Part shown: positions 14,416 to 27,425 of the stretch, piece after piece
Layout: each line of letters begins with the position of its first letter
Numbering within the stretch: the first letter of the stretch is position 1
Source: Lama guanicoe
Lineage: Eukaryota
Length of the DNA stretch: 64,000 bases
Reading direction: 5' to 3'
Assembly (NCBI GenBank): GCA_013239625.1
Contig: MU054338.1
Coordinates: 2,218,968-2,282,967 of the forward strand
The notes under the pieces: model-generated
What the model saw: only the letters and a program-made list of their open reading frames with translations
Database searches by the model: none
Told to the model about the DNA's origin: nothing
Translations under genes and position numbers: made by a program

Positions 14416-17400
14416 CTAGGGTCGGGCCGGGCGCAGCTGCTCCAGCCCGTCCGCGTACTGGAAGGCCGGGCCGGTCTCGTACTCGTACATGTCCAGGGCC
14501 ACCTCGCAGCTCTCCCGCACCACGCGCTCAGCGTCGGCCGCGTGCGCCCGCAGGGCGGCCAGGCAGGCGGGCCGCGCGATGGCGCCCAGGGCCTCGGCGC
14601 ACTCGTGCCGCACCATCGGGCTCTCGGCCGTGCGGGCCAGGGCCGCCGCCAGCTGGGGCACGGCCGCCTCGTGCTGCAGTTGGCCCAGGACGTAGCCGAT
14701 CTCGTGGCGGAAGAGGGCGCTGCCGCAGCGCAGGCCTGCGGGAGAGGGTCATAGTGAGTGCGGCGCCATCGGGACGGGAGGGGGTGGGGGGCGCACTTGG
14801 GAGACAGAAGGGACCGAGGAGGTGGAAAGGGGGTTCCGGCCTCGAGGACACGCCACCCCTGCCCCGGGGCTCAGCGCTGCTCAGGGAAGGACCCAGCCCC
14901 GTACTGGGATCAGGCTGGGCGTGGCCTTCTCCGCAGGCCCAGGGCCCCGCTCCCCTCCCTCTCCTCTGTTTGCAGACGTGTTGTACAGTGGTGCTTCTGG
15001 GTTGCTGGAAACTAATGCAAGTCTCTTTGCCTCTCTGGGCCTCCGTCTCCCACACGGAGAAGTGGGAGTATTAAAAGGACGTGCCCCCGACCCACGTGCC
15101 CTGGAATGCTCTGCTGCCCCATATCACAAATGCAGCCACTGAGCCTCCCCAGGGGGCCTTTACCCCGGCCCTGGGGCCCCTCCTCACCCTCGGCCAGCGC
15201 CAGGGCAGCCTCCTCACCCCCCGCGTCCCGCAGGGCGAACATAGCTCGGTATCGGTCGAAGAGCGGCCGGGCCTCGTCCAGCAGCACCTCCCGCAGCCGC
15301 CCCACGTCGCGCTCCTCGGCGGGCGGAGCTGGGTCCACGGAGAGGTAGGGCCCCTGCGCCACTGGCTCCCCGCTGTGCTGCTGCAGCCACTCCAGCCGCC
15401 GAACGGCCAGCTGGCACGTCTCAGCCACCTACGGGAAGGGGGGCGCACAGGTAGCCGCTGGGACGGGGAGGACATGGCAGGCCCTTCCCTACCCCTCCCA
15501 GGGGCAGAGCCAGCAGACACAGGACTAACTAACCCTTCCAGACTGGGGACAAACCAGCAGAGACTGCCACGGTTAGGGAGCGACCAGGGGCAGGGGGCGA
15601 GAGGGCTCGCTCAGAGGTGACATCACAACTGAGAGACAGTGCCAGATGGAACTGGCCAGTGCAGAGGCCAAGGCCGCAGCTGCCGGACCCGTCAAGGAAG
15701 AGCGAGCAACACAGGTGACCTGAGGTGGCCAGGCCAGCCTACTTCAGGCCTGCGGGCCTCAGAGAGGACTTGGGATTTTGTTGAGGCGATGACAAGCCAC
15801 AGAATAGGTCAATAGACTTAAGTTTTACATACACCACCCCCCACCCCCGCAGCTGCCAGAGGAGACTGAGGGTGGGGTATGGGAAGCAGGTAAGAACACA
15901 CTTGTTCACAGCAGCACGATTCACAACAGCCAAAAAGCGGAAACGGCCCAAGTGTCCATCAACAGATGAATGGATAAACACACGTGGTCCCTCCACACAC
16001 AGGAGCATCACTCAGCCGAGAAAAGGAGAGCAGCCCTGACACCCACTCCCACGTGGACGGACCCTGAGAGCACGACGCTCAGGGAGAGAAGCAGACACAG
16101 AAGGACACACAGTGTGTGAGTCCGTGGATGTGAGACGTTCAGAACAGGCCAGTCCACAGACACAGGGAGGGGGGTAGTGGTTTTTGGGGAAGGGGGTGGG
16201 GAGTGACTGCTGATGGGGATGGGGTTTCCTTTTGAGGCGATACATTCTGGACTTAGATAGTGGTGGTGGTTGTACAACTCTGTGGGTGTACTAAAAACAA
16301 CCTAGTGTGCACGTTCAACGGGTGAATTTTATGGTATATGACATCTCAGTGAAGCCGTTATTTAAAGCAAAAGGAAGGGAGACGGGAAGGCAGCAGGGAG
16401 ATCCTGGAAGAAGCTGGAGTGGAGTGACTTCCCGTGGGAGGTGAGGGAGAGGTGAGAGAGATCAGGGCGGCTGAGCAGGGCAGGTTTTATATGTGAATCA
16501 GGAGTTCGGTTTTGCCCGTGGGGCCACGGCCAGAGTCCACCCTGACTGTAGCTCTCTCTCAGCATCCCTGGGTCAGGTGGTCACCCTGGCAACCAGACGC
16601 AGGGCCTGAGTCTGGTTCTTGGACCCGAGACTGGGGAGGAGGAGGGAGGGCAGGGCTGCATTACCTCGATGACAGGGTCGGTGGAGTACTGCTTCAGAAG
16701 CTCCAGAACCTCCGGGTTCCCGATGGCCCCCAGGGCCTCCCCTGAGAAGAACCAGAGAGAGAGAGCACATCGCTTGCCCGGAAACACCCGGGATGCACCA
16801 TCACCTCCTTCCTGCCCCCTGCTCCCAGCTCTGCCTGTATCCTCTAGCCACAGCAGTTGAAGCAGGAGCCAGAGTAATTAGAGTCCCTTCCCTAGAAATC
16901 ACCAGAATTGGGCTGGGACTCCGCCCTGGCCTGCACCCCCGGAGCTCATGGCCTAGAGAGGAGACGTAGACAGGAGTGTCATTACAACTTGGGGACACGG
17001 GTGACAAGAAGCCAAGAACCCTCGGCTGAGTCAAGCCCATCATGGAGAGGCCTTAAAACCTGGAGGAGGTTTTAAGCTGCGATGTGGGCAAAGCGGGTCA
17101 GCAAACCAGGCACGGTCCTGCCTCCGGGCCTTTGCACGGGCTGGACCATCTACCTGGAGCAACTTTCCCCAGAAACTACGTAGATAACTCCCTTACTTCA
17201 CTCCCGTCTCTGCCCACCGATTAAAAACGGCAACACCTCCTTAACAGAAGGCCCTCCACACCCCTATGTCTGCTTTATTTTCCTCCTTAGCACTTACTAA
17301 GTGTTTCCATCATTAGATGACTGGGTGTTCTAGAAAATCACGCACTCCAAATAGCAGCGCTTATGGGACAAGCAAGGTTTGGGGTCAAGCGTTCTTTGTA

Positions 17401-18302
17401 AGGAGAGCTCCAGGGCAAAACCAGGGGCTGGGATCTTGAGAGGTCCCTGGGGCAGCACAGCATCCCTGCAGAGTATCTCAGGGAATATTAAAAGTGCCCC
17501 CAGACAATCACCGGAAACACAGTCCCCCGCTGAAAATCTGCAAATGAGCCCCTGGATGAAGTCTCAGCAGCACAGACCTGCCAAGGATGTTACTCTTCTG
17601 TCTTGTTTGCTGTCTGAGTCCCCCGGGGCGGAAAGGGCCTGGCACACAGGAGGCGCCTGATAAATGTTTGTCCAGTGAATGGAGCGAGTGAATGACCTCA
17701 GGGCTTGGCCATCTGTGGCCGCCGCCTGTTTTTGTATGAGTGAAGGATGTTTTTGAGGTTCTTAACTCATGTTTTAAAAACTCAAAGAGCTAGCATTTTG
17801 ACGTGTGAAAATGATGTGACATTAACGAACCTCTGGGCCCGTTGGGTTGGCCGGGCTCGCGGCCGCGCCTATCTGTTGGCTGTGGTTGCTGGCGGGCAGC
17901 TCTCTGGCCACGGTAGCGGAGTCAAGTCCGTGGGACAGAGAGGGTCTGAAGACAGTGATCACCCACTGTTTCCAGGGCCAGCCTGCTGAGCCCCAGGCAG
18001 AGTGAGCCCAGGCCTTCCCGCCGCTCACCTGCCTCATGGCGCACCATGGGCTCCTGGCGGGTGTCCCGCAGCACGTCCACCAGTACGGGGATGGCCCGCG
18101 AGTCCTGCATCTGGCCCAGGCAGTAGGCTAGCTCGTGCTTGAGCAGGGCCGAGTCGTCGCCGAAGGTCCGGCTGATCCAGGCAATGGCTTCAGGACCGCC
18201 GAGCCCACGCAGCGTGAAGAGCGCCCGGAAGCGGGCCTGCAGGGGCTGCTGGGGGTCCACCAGCGTCCGCCCGACCGTCTCCACCTCCTGCTCTGTCACC
18301 AT
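14416..18302 (-). CDS. DOHH: Deoxyhypusine hydroxylase, 303 aa
   Basis: Coding exons 18302-18029 (274 nt, MVTEQEVE...), 16741-16665 (77), 15428-15188 (241) and 14735-14416 (320); 912 nt in frame, GT-AG. Four His-Glu iron-binding motifs: [28 protein letters not shown]. Candidate poly(A) signal ATTAAA at 14005-14000. Confidence 0.97.
15890..16365 (+). mobile_element. Old L1 (L1M-type) 3' end fragment in a DOHH intron
   Basis: ttcacagcagcacgattcacaacagccaaaaagcggaaacggcccaagtgtccatcaacagatgaatggataaac is typical L1M 3' text. Confidence 0.7.
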
Positions 18303-18589
18303 GGTGCCGTTGCCACCTTTCTCCTGCTACCACCAGGCTCAGGCTAAACCAGGGGACTCCCAGGACCTGGGGTGGAAAACCGAGAGGCCAGGTTAGAGGC
18401 GCCCTTCTCCTCTCGCTGATGTGTTCATTTCAGAGTTGGGATCTGAGCGAGGCGGTTTCCCACCCGCTGACCAGCCTGGGCCGAGAGCCCAGCTGCGGCC
18501 CTGCCTGCTTGCCACGCGGCCTTCCCTCAGGCACTGTCCCTCTCCGGGCCTCCGGCCTATCCATCAGCAATGGCCTCTGCTGCTCTGCT

Positions 18590-19100
18590 CTTCACACAGC
18601 AGCCAGAGGGACTAGTCCCCACGATGGCCCCCGATGACTCCATCCCCTGGGTTTTGTGCCCCGTGCGGCCCCCTCCCACACCAAATAGAGCTGATCTCCA
18701 GGTGAATAACAGGATACAGAAGAAACCTGTGTGAATTCTGAGGGTAGGTCACAAGAGACACTCGGCTTTCTCCCTGCGGGCTGGAGGGGAAGCTGGGAGA
18801 CATACTGTGAGGAGGCTCGAGCAGCCGTGGGTAGGGGCCCACCTGCTGAGGAACTGAGGCCTCCTGCCAGCAGCCACGTGAGAGTACGTTGGGAGCAGCC
18901 CCTCCAGCCCCAGTCCAGCCTTCAGATGATGCAGCCCAGCCAGTGTCTGCACTGCAGCCTCACGAGAGATTAGAACCACAGCCACCAGGCTAAACCAGGC
19001 CAGATCCCGGGCCTACTGAAACCATGGGAGGTAGTATTTACTATTGTTTAAACCTGCAAAGTATGGGGTAATTTGTTACAAAGCATAGGGAACTGATACA
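18590..19100 (+). mobile_element. MLT1-type (ERVL-MaLR) LTR remnant
   Basis: cagccacgtgag...ccagccccagtccagccttcagatgatgcagccc...ggggtaatttgttacaaagcatagggaactgataca, an MLT1-type 3' end. Confidence 0.65.
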
Positions 19101-21399
19101 GGAACCCTTTCAGTAAAAGACTGGACCATGTGACTCCCTCACAAAATCCTCTTATGGTGTCTCCTTACTCCAAACTCCTTAACAGTCCCAAAGGCCCTGC
19201 ACGACCTGCCCCCATCACCCCCCTCACCTTCCCTTCCTCCCTCGTTCCCCCTTGTTCATTCCACTCCACCAAACGGTCTCCTCTGTGTTCCTCCAGCACA
19301 CCAGGTAGTTCTGCCCCAAGGCCTTTGAACAGGCTATTCTCACCCCTAGGAACACGCTTCCCTCCATACCCCCATGCTCACTCTCTCATTTCCTTGGGTC
19401 GTAAATGCCACCTCCTCAGGGAGGCCTTCCCTGATCAATGTTACTCCTCATCTCTTGTTCTTTGCTCTGCTTTCTCTTTCTTCAAAGCACCGACCACCAC
19501 TAGATACCGCATCAGCTATTTCAGTTTAGCCGCTTATGGTGGGGCTTATCCTTCACTAGAATACGAGAACCCTGAAGGCAGGGACGGAGCGCTCCCAGCA
19601 CACAGGCGAAGAACAATGACCATAACCGTAATAGCCACTGATGTTTACGGAGCATGTGCTTCCTGCCAGGCACCTCCTCTAGGCCCGTAACATTCAGTGA
19701 GCTCAGATGATCCTCGCCACAACCCTTTGAGACAAGCACTATGATTGCCGCCGTTTTACAGGAGAGGAGACACAAGCGCAAGAAGGTTAACAACTTGCTT
19801 AGGAACAGCGTGAAGTTACAAATCCAGGCAGCTGGGCTCCAGAGTGAAGCGAACAAACCCTGTGCGGGTCCCCTCTCCATCCTCCAACCAGTGGGGACCT
19901 GGTGGACGCTTCATAAACCTGACAAGCAGGCTGTGGCTCCCAGTGGCATCAGCAGGGCCAACTGGGTTTAATGAGGGAGGTGCAGCTGCCGAGCACAGGT
20001 GACCATCAAAGGATTGACACTTGAAAGAGGGCCATCAGAAACCCCAGAAGCCAGGGCTGAGCGAGCTGGCAAGGCATTAGGGACCATTGAGACCCGACTA
20101 GGTTCTACACAGATGAGCTGTGACCTATCTGGGGATCACAGCTAGTCAAGAACAGACAGGACCCAGGACTCCTGACTCCCGGTCTGTGCAGGGCTTCCTT
20201 CAAGACACCTGGGAAAGGCCCTTCACCACCTCATCCCCAGAGACCTTAAACTCCTGGGAAAAAAGAGAAATCTGTAGCCAAGAAGGCAGCTCCAGCTACA
20301 GGAGAGGGAGGGTGAGGGCTGAACTGGGCAAATATCTCCAAGCGCAGTTTCCTCCTTTGGAAGAAAACTATTAACAGGTCACAAGCCTTGGGCTTCCTCT
20401 GAGTCTCTGCTTGGATATTACCTTCTTGGGGAGGCCTTTTCTGACCACCCTGCTTTCCAAGCTACTTTACTGTTCTCCATAGCTCCTGACAGCAAGTGAT
20501 GTCCTGTGTATTGCAGCAGGCACTTAATAAATGCTGCAGAATGAACTGACCATCCACTGCTTGCCAGGTACAGTGCGAAGAACTTTATACACAGTATAAA
20601 CCAGTTTAATCTGTAAAATGGGTGTAAGGGGCACATGGACTTCAGAGTTGCTGTGAATGAAATTATGCTAATAGAATGCTTAGTACCACCACTGGTACTT
20701 AGTATGCACTTGATAAACCAGAGCTAGTATTAAATATTTCCACAGGGAGCCAACACCCACCTCTATGCTCAGGAGGACGAGGGAGGGTACGCCTAGCCAC
20801 CTGGAAGCCCGCTACTCACACCTTTGACCCATTTTTCAGTAGGAAAGAGGAAAAAACTGTGGACGCGGGGTAGAGGGGATCAGCTCCCGACCAAGGCAGA
20901 ATCTGAGGGTTCCCTCACCCCTGCGAAGGTGTGTCTTAGAGAAAGACACGAAGAATTAGTAAGGAATGGAGAAAAAGGCGTTCTGGATCCGCGAAATCCG
21001 ACCCGACCCCCACTCTGCCTACTTCTCTAAACCAACAGTTAGCAACAAAAAGGTCTCCGATAACTAGACCCTCGCCTTCAGAGAAGGGTCGCCCCGACAC
21101 GGCATACCTCAGGGCTGCTTGCAGGCTCCCCCAGCGACGACCGGCTCCCCAAAGCTCCTTGCAAGAGACCCTCAGTAACTGGATGTCCCTAGACCTGTTT
21201 ATATGGATCTCCGAGTATTGGATCCCTCACAGGTTGATTCTGCCAGAACCTCGAAAAAGAGGTCGCCAAATATGGGACCCCCGGCCCACACACTGACTCT
21301 TAAGCAAGGGAATCCCCCGAGACAGGCTTTCCAGAGCTGGGGGTAAGAGCTCGCCAGGACCTGTCAAGAGGCGGCCCCTCGACCCCCCACCCCGACAAC

Positions 21400-21950
21400 G
21401 AATCTCAGAGCCGGCACCCCCAACGAGGAACCCTCCCTCTGCCTGCCAAGCCCGGGCTCCACCCGATGCTCCCTGCCGCCGGAACACCGCAGCAAGCTCC
21501 CGGATCGCAGGCCCTACCGGACCAACCCAGCCCGCAGCTGCCACCACCGCTTCACCGACCGCGACGCTCGCACAGCCCTCTGGGGGCCGCCATCTTGCCG
21601 CCCACGTGACCGGGACGGACGGCACCAACGCAGCCTCGGGGGGGAAACCCGGTCAAAGGCCCCGCAGCGTGGGAAGGCCCGGAAGCACGAGTTAGCACCG
21701 ACGCCATAGCTCGCACTCACACGTCAGGCGGGGTTAAGGGCACTCCTCAGGGAACGGGAGGGGCAATTCCATCTTTTCCCCGCAAGAGATTTTTCTCCGG
21801 CCTCCCCACCCAGTACGACGAGTGGAAATGGTTTGTGCCGATTCAGCCCGGCGGTGGGGCCGGCTAGCGACAGAGCATGCGCAGCGTCCCTGGGGCGTGG
21901 TCAAGTCTCAGGGGCGTGGTCAATGGACTCCGAGGGCTAGAAACGAGGTT
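21400..21950 (-). promoter_or_regulatory. DOHH CpG-island promoter and non-coding exon 1 (donor after 21518, splicing to acceptor at 18366)
   Basis: CpG-dense. Donor CCG|GTAGGG at 21518/21517; YY1/TISU motif CAAGATGGCGGC 21597-21586; E-box GTCACGTG 21610-21603; ETS-like CCGGAAG near 21679; NRF1-like GCATGCGCA near 21875. Confidence 0.7.
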
Positions 21951-24114
21951 GCGAGGGATTCAAAAAAGGACTTGACCCAATCGTGCATTCATTCACTTAA
22001 CGAATAGTGTGTGGGCGCTGAGGACAAGACGGACTGCAGCCCTTACGATCATAAACATCACAGTCTGGTGTCTGAAGGCGACAAACAATAATGAGATAAG
22101 TGAAAACACCTACTAAGTGGTGACAGGCTCTGGAGGAAAAAGTAGTTGAGCCGGTGCTTGTACGGGGTGTGCATCCTTAGGAAGGACTGGGCTTTACCCT
22201 GACTGAACCCGTGTTCACAGCAGCACTGTTCACAGTGCCCTCAGACCCTGATCACCGCTATTGTATTTTCTGTCTCTACGAATCTGGCTACTCAAGGAAC
22301 CTTAGAAAGTGGAATCAAACAATGTTTGTCCTTTTGTGTCTGTCTTATTTCCCTGAGCATAGTATTCTCAGCGTTCATCCATGTTGTAGCGTGTGTCAGA
22401 ATTCCCTTCCTTTTAAATTTCCTTCCTATGGTATGAATGGACCACATATCTATTCATCCGTCAATGGACATTTCCATTGTTTCCACCTTTTGGCTCTTGT
22501 ACATAATGCCGGTATGAAAAAAAAATTTTTTAAAGCCTCTATGAACATTGGTGTACAAGTACGTATTTTATTCCTTATTTTCGAATCTTTTGGGCATATA
22601 CCCAGGCGTGGAATCTCCGGATCATTTGGTAGTTTTATGTTTAACTTTTTGAGGAAGCACTGAACTGTTGTCTACAGCAGCTGTATCATTTTACGTTCCC
22701 ACCAGCAACATGGAAGGACTCCACTTCCTCCACATTATCACCAACACTTGTCATTTTCTGTTTTGATAGTAGCCATCCTAACGGATGGGATGTGTGCAGC
22801 TTATTTGGAGATGCATTTAAAAAGGATATATATTGATGGATGGATAAATACATAACAGAGCAAATGTAACAGAGTGTTAATTGGAGAAAGTGGATGGTGG
22901 GCATATAACAGTTCACTGTAAAATTATCTCAACTTTACTATACTTTTGAAATTTTTCATAATAAATCATTGGAAAAATAAGTGGTGGGAAAAGGAGGGCT
23001 ACTTCTATCCTCAGTGTTTAAACATTTCAAGTTAAATATGTGAAAAGTGTCTTAACTTTTAAATGCAGAACCTCTGAGTCTGCAAATCCGTTTTGAGGAA
23101 TTTCGCTGACGCTAGTGTAAAAACAAAAAAAACCGGAAGGCCACTCATGGCAACATTATTTGAAACGGAAAAAATTGGGGGAAAAAACTCCGCTCCCCAC
23201 CGCTCTCTCACAGCGCCCCCCCACAATCTGTCCTCCCTGAAGCCGCCACCAGAGGGCGCCGATGAACACCTGGGTCAGGCGTGCACTCCCTCTGCCCACA
23301 GCCCTCCAGGGTCCCACCTATCTAGGGTAAAAGCCCAAGTCCTCGCGCCGCCCGCAAGTCCCTGCACGACCTGTCCCCGTCCGCTCCCTGTCCTCCTCTC
23401 CTCCTTCCCTCCCCCTCGCTCACTCTGCTCCAGCCACACAGGCCTCCTGGCTGTTCCTCCAGGCACAGTACTGCCCCAGGGCCTCTGCACAGCTGTGCCC
23501 TCTACTTGCAGTATTATTTCCTCCAAATACCTTTTGTTCACTCCCTCCCTCAAGCGCAAGTGTTTGCTCCTTTCCTGGAATGTTACGTCGTCCACGAGCC
23601 CTTCCCTGAACACTTCAATTCCCTCACCCACAGCATTCATTTATCCAGTTCCCTGATTTCTTTTTCTCATAGCATCTATATTTTACTGTACATTTTATTT
23701 CATTATTTTGTTTACTGTCTAGCTTCCCCACTAGAATATAAGCACCATAAGAGCAGGGACTTTTGTCGGCTTTGTTCTCCACCATATGATACAGTGCTGT
23801 GCCAGTTAACCAGCAATCTGGAAAAAAACAAAATTTAAAGCCCTGATTTGCAGTGTTTGCCAATTCCCGTGGTGTAAATATTCCCACCACGGTCCACTCA
23901 CAAAACTCCTGGTGGTGCCTCCTGTGAGTCAACATTGACATATCGGCTCCAGCACCTAACTAAGTGGTTCCCCAGCACCTGTTACATGCCTGGAACTTAA
24001 CAGGTGATGAATAAATATGTGAGGCATGAGTAATGGAGCTGCCCCTCAATAGGGGTCTGGGTAAATAATGGTGCATCCATGTGTTAACAAGCAGATTTTC
24101 AAAAGGATGGGAAG

Positions 24115-24238
24115 TTAGTTGGAGAAGGGGATAGCTCAGTGGGAGAGCATGTGCTTAGCATGCACGAGGTCCTGGGTTCAATCCCCAGCACCTCCATTTA
24201 AGTAAATAAACCCAATTACACTCCTAAAAGAACAGCAA
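24115..24238 (+). mobile_element. tRNA-derived SINE (camelid Vic-1-like) with 15-bp target-site duplication
   Basis: A-box atagctcagtgg, B-box ggttcaatcc, A-rich tail. TSD caaaaggatgggaag at 24100-24114 and 24239-24253. Confidence 0.85.
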
Positions 24239-24314
24239 CAAAAGGATGGGAAGATCTACTTGTGTTGTATGAAAATCAGTCCAAGAGGTACTTTCAAAAA
24301 GTGAAGAAAGCTGG

Positions 24315-24530
24315 GAATTTGAGATTTGCAAATATTAACTACTATATATAAAATAGATAAAAAACACAAATTTATTCTGTATAGCACATGGAGCTATATT
24401 CAAAATCTTCTAGTAACCTGTAATGAAAAAGAACGTGACAACGAAAATATGTATGCATATGTATGACTGAAACCTTATGCTGTGCACCAGAAATTGGCAC
24501 ATTGTAACCGACTGCACTTCAACTAAAAAA
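24315..24530 (+). mobile_element. 5'-truncated L1 3' end
   Basis: Same L1 3' UTR text as at 11490-11640 and 28540-28720, in the opposite orientation, ending in an A-run. Confidence 0.65.
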
Positions 24531-24963
24531 AGCAAAGAAAGCAAGCACAGAATCAATCATGTGTTCCCATTTGTATAAATGGATTTAGACATGTAAATTA
24601 TAGATGGGTAAAACTGTCGAAAAATACCCAACCATTTACCCACAGTGCTTATGTTAAATCTCCTACCTCCCTGTGCTGCTTAAGTTGTATTATTGTAGTA
24701 TTTTATTCTGAAGTGTGTTAGGGAATGTGGTGGTGGCCCCTCCAGAGGGGCTGGCAGCCTGTACAAGGCGGTCACTTTGATCAGGGGACAGAATTTGCCT
24801 GGGCACTCAGAGTTCAACTTTTGGCCGTCTCTTGCCTCCTAGGCCAGGCAGGAAGCATAAGGCAGTGCGCTGGGAACCTGGGGTGCACAGGCTCCTTCCT
24901 TGGGGCGCCTGCCACCCCTCTCCAGCCAGTCATAACTGCGTGTGGCCAGATGTCCCTGTTTTT

Positions 24964-25108
24964 GTTTGTTTGTTTCTTTGGAGGAGGGTAGGTAATTAGG
25001 TTTATTTAATTTTTACTTATTTATTTTAACGGAGGTGCTGGGGATTGAACCCAGGACCTTGTGCATGCTAAGCGGGCACTGAACCACTCAGCCATACCCT
25101 TCCCCCCT
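24964..25108 (-). mobile_element. tRNA-derived SINE with perfect 17-bp target-site duplication
   Basis: Reverse complement of the same SINE family. TSD cagatgtccctgttttt at 24947-24963 and 25109-25125. Confidence 0.88.
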
Positions 25109-26464
25109 CAGATGTCCCTGTTTTTCAGGGAAGCCAAGCAGCAATTGATTTTACATGTAATCTCTCCTTTAAAACACGAGGGCAGTTAGTTAAAAACATC
25201 AACATACAGCAAAGAAGTCACTTTGATAGGCCAACTGCTGGTCTAAACATTCAGTCATTCATTTCACAAATATTTATGATCTGCTGTGTGGCAGGCACTG
25301 CCCTGGGACAGAGGGCACAGATATCAGTCTCTGGGCTCACAGAGTGGACATCCCATTTACTGTCGCTTTTTTATTGTCTTCCTGTGTGTTCAAAAGCTGA
25401 GCCCAGATAACGGGCGTTACAGCAGACCTGGCTGGCTCGTAGGGACACCATCGGGACCGGTTTTGTGGCGCAGGTTAATGTCCACGCAGGGCTTTCCCGT
25501 GGGCTGGGTGCTGTGCTGACTCTGGAAGGCTTCGGGGCAGCGTGCCAGGTGTGATCAGCTGCAGGGATGCTCTGGGGCTGCATGGAGGCAGGCCCAGGGG
25601 TGCAGGAAGCAGATATCAGAAGCCACGCCCCCAAAGCTGGGCCTGTGGATGTCCGAGAACTTGGAATCTTGAACCTGCAGGCTTGCAGGGGAACTGATAG
25701 CTGGAGAACAGTCTGTGCTGAGCCCAGATGCCACTCACCTTCAGTCCCGAGGCTCCTGTCCTCTGGAGCAAGGCTGTAGAGGCCAGGAGTCCAAACTCAA
25801 GGTACGGGCAGGGCCGTGCTCCCTCTATACAAGGCTAGTGTGGCCAGCAATCCTTGGTGTCTTTGGCTTCTAGACACATCCTTCCAGTCTCCACCCTGTC
25901 TTCCCGTGACAGTCTCCCTGTGTCTGTGTCCGAATTCCCTGCTTCTCATAAGGACATCAGTCCCTGCTGGCTTGGGGGCCCACCCCACTCCACTCTGGGT
26001 GACCTTCCCTTAACCCGATGACCTCTGCAAAGACCCTATCTCCCAAAACAGCCCTAGTCACAGGTACTGGGGTTAGGACTTGAACGCGTCTTTTTTGTGC
26101 GGGTCACAGTAGAACCCACCACACTTTGTTCTCTTTTTTTGTTAATCTCAGCTTGGGTGTCCAGCCTGGCCCCTGCTCCCGCTCAGGCCGAGCGAGAGGC
26201 TTCGCCTGGGCCCCCACACCCAGTGAAGAGCTCAGGAACGATTTGTGGAAGGTTTGCCGTCTCTGTCACCCCTCTGGACCTCTCGTTTGTCAAAACGTGA
26301 ACCTCTGCTTAAAAAAAAAAAAAGCAAAATAAATAGGGAATCAGTGATGCTCTTCACAGGCGGAACCAGAGAGAGAAACAAGTTCCTCGGCAGTGTGCGG
26401 GGAGTGAGCCGGACATCGAAGGGGGAACCAAGAACAAAATCAGTAAATAAGATCAGAAATATTT

Positions 26465-26605
26465 AACTTTTTAAATTTTGTTTATTTGGGAGGAGGTAAT
26501 TAGGTTTTTATTTGGTTATTTATCTTTAATGGAGGTGGCGGGGACTGAACCCAGGACCTCGTGCGTGCTAGGCGCACGCCTTCCCACTGAGCTACACCCT
26601 CCTCC
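26465..26605 (-). mobile_element. tRNA-derived SINE
   Basis: ggggactgaacccaggacctcgtgcgtgctaggcgcacgcc...actgagctacaccctcc, same family. Confidence 0.8.
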
Positions 26606-26959
26606 AAGATCAGTCACATTTTAATGCAACTTTTTTTCTTTTTAAAATTGGCATTTATATTGAGATCACTGTAGAGTTACATGCAGGTAAGAAATCACAC
26701 AAATGACGCAGCGGGGTACCCTGCATCCAGTTCTCCCCGATGGCAACTGGGTGCCAGACACACACAGAGCACTAGCGTGGGGTCCTGACTGGGTGTTGAC
26801 ATTGGTAACAATACACCAGCCTGACTCAGAGTTCACCAATCTGACTTGTATTCATTGGTGTGTGGGTGCACTGAGTGCAATACAGTTTTATCACCATGAA
26901 TTTGCGCACCTGCCGCAACAATCATCACACAAGACAACACCAAGACCACAAACCCTGCA

Positions 26960-27425
26960 GGCTGGGAAACGCCCCCCCAAAAAGACGTCCATGCCCCAGT
27001 CCTCAGAAACTTTGAATATGTTACTTTACAGGGTATAAAAAGATCTTTTCAGGTGGGGTTTAGTTAAAGCCCCTGGGATGGGGGTGACCCTGGATTCCCC
27101 GAGGGACCCCGTGTCATCACAGGGCCCTCATCAGAGGGAGGCGGGGGCGTCAGAGTCAGAGAGAGACGGGGATGCTGCGCTGCTGGCGGTGAGGATGGAG
27201 GGAGGGGCCGCGAGCCAGGGATGTGGCGCCTCTAGAAGCTGGAAGAGGCAGGAGCCGGTTCTCCCTGCCCTCACCCGCCTCCCCTGCTGCGGCCCAGATT
27301 TGAGCCTGGATTCGAGCCTGGTGAAACCACGCTCCGGCTTCAGACCCGCAGAGTGGGAAAGGAATAGCGTTCTGTAGCTTTTAGCCCCTGAGTCTGTTTT
27401 CCTTTGTCAGAGACTGATACACAAT
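26960..27425 (+). mobile_element. MLT1-type LTR remnant
   Basis: ccccccaaaagacgtccatgcc...gaatatgttactttac...gccagggatgtggcgcctctagaagctggaagaggcagga. Confidence 0.6.

Noticed and set aside
24120..24195. tRNA-like sequence with A and B boxes
   Set aside because: It has an A-rich tail, TSDs and several diverged copies in the window, so it is a SINE rather than a tRNA gene.
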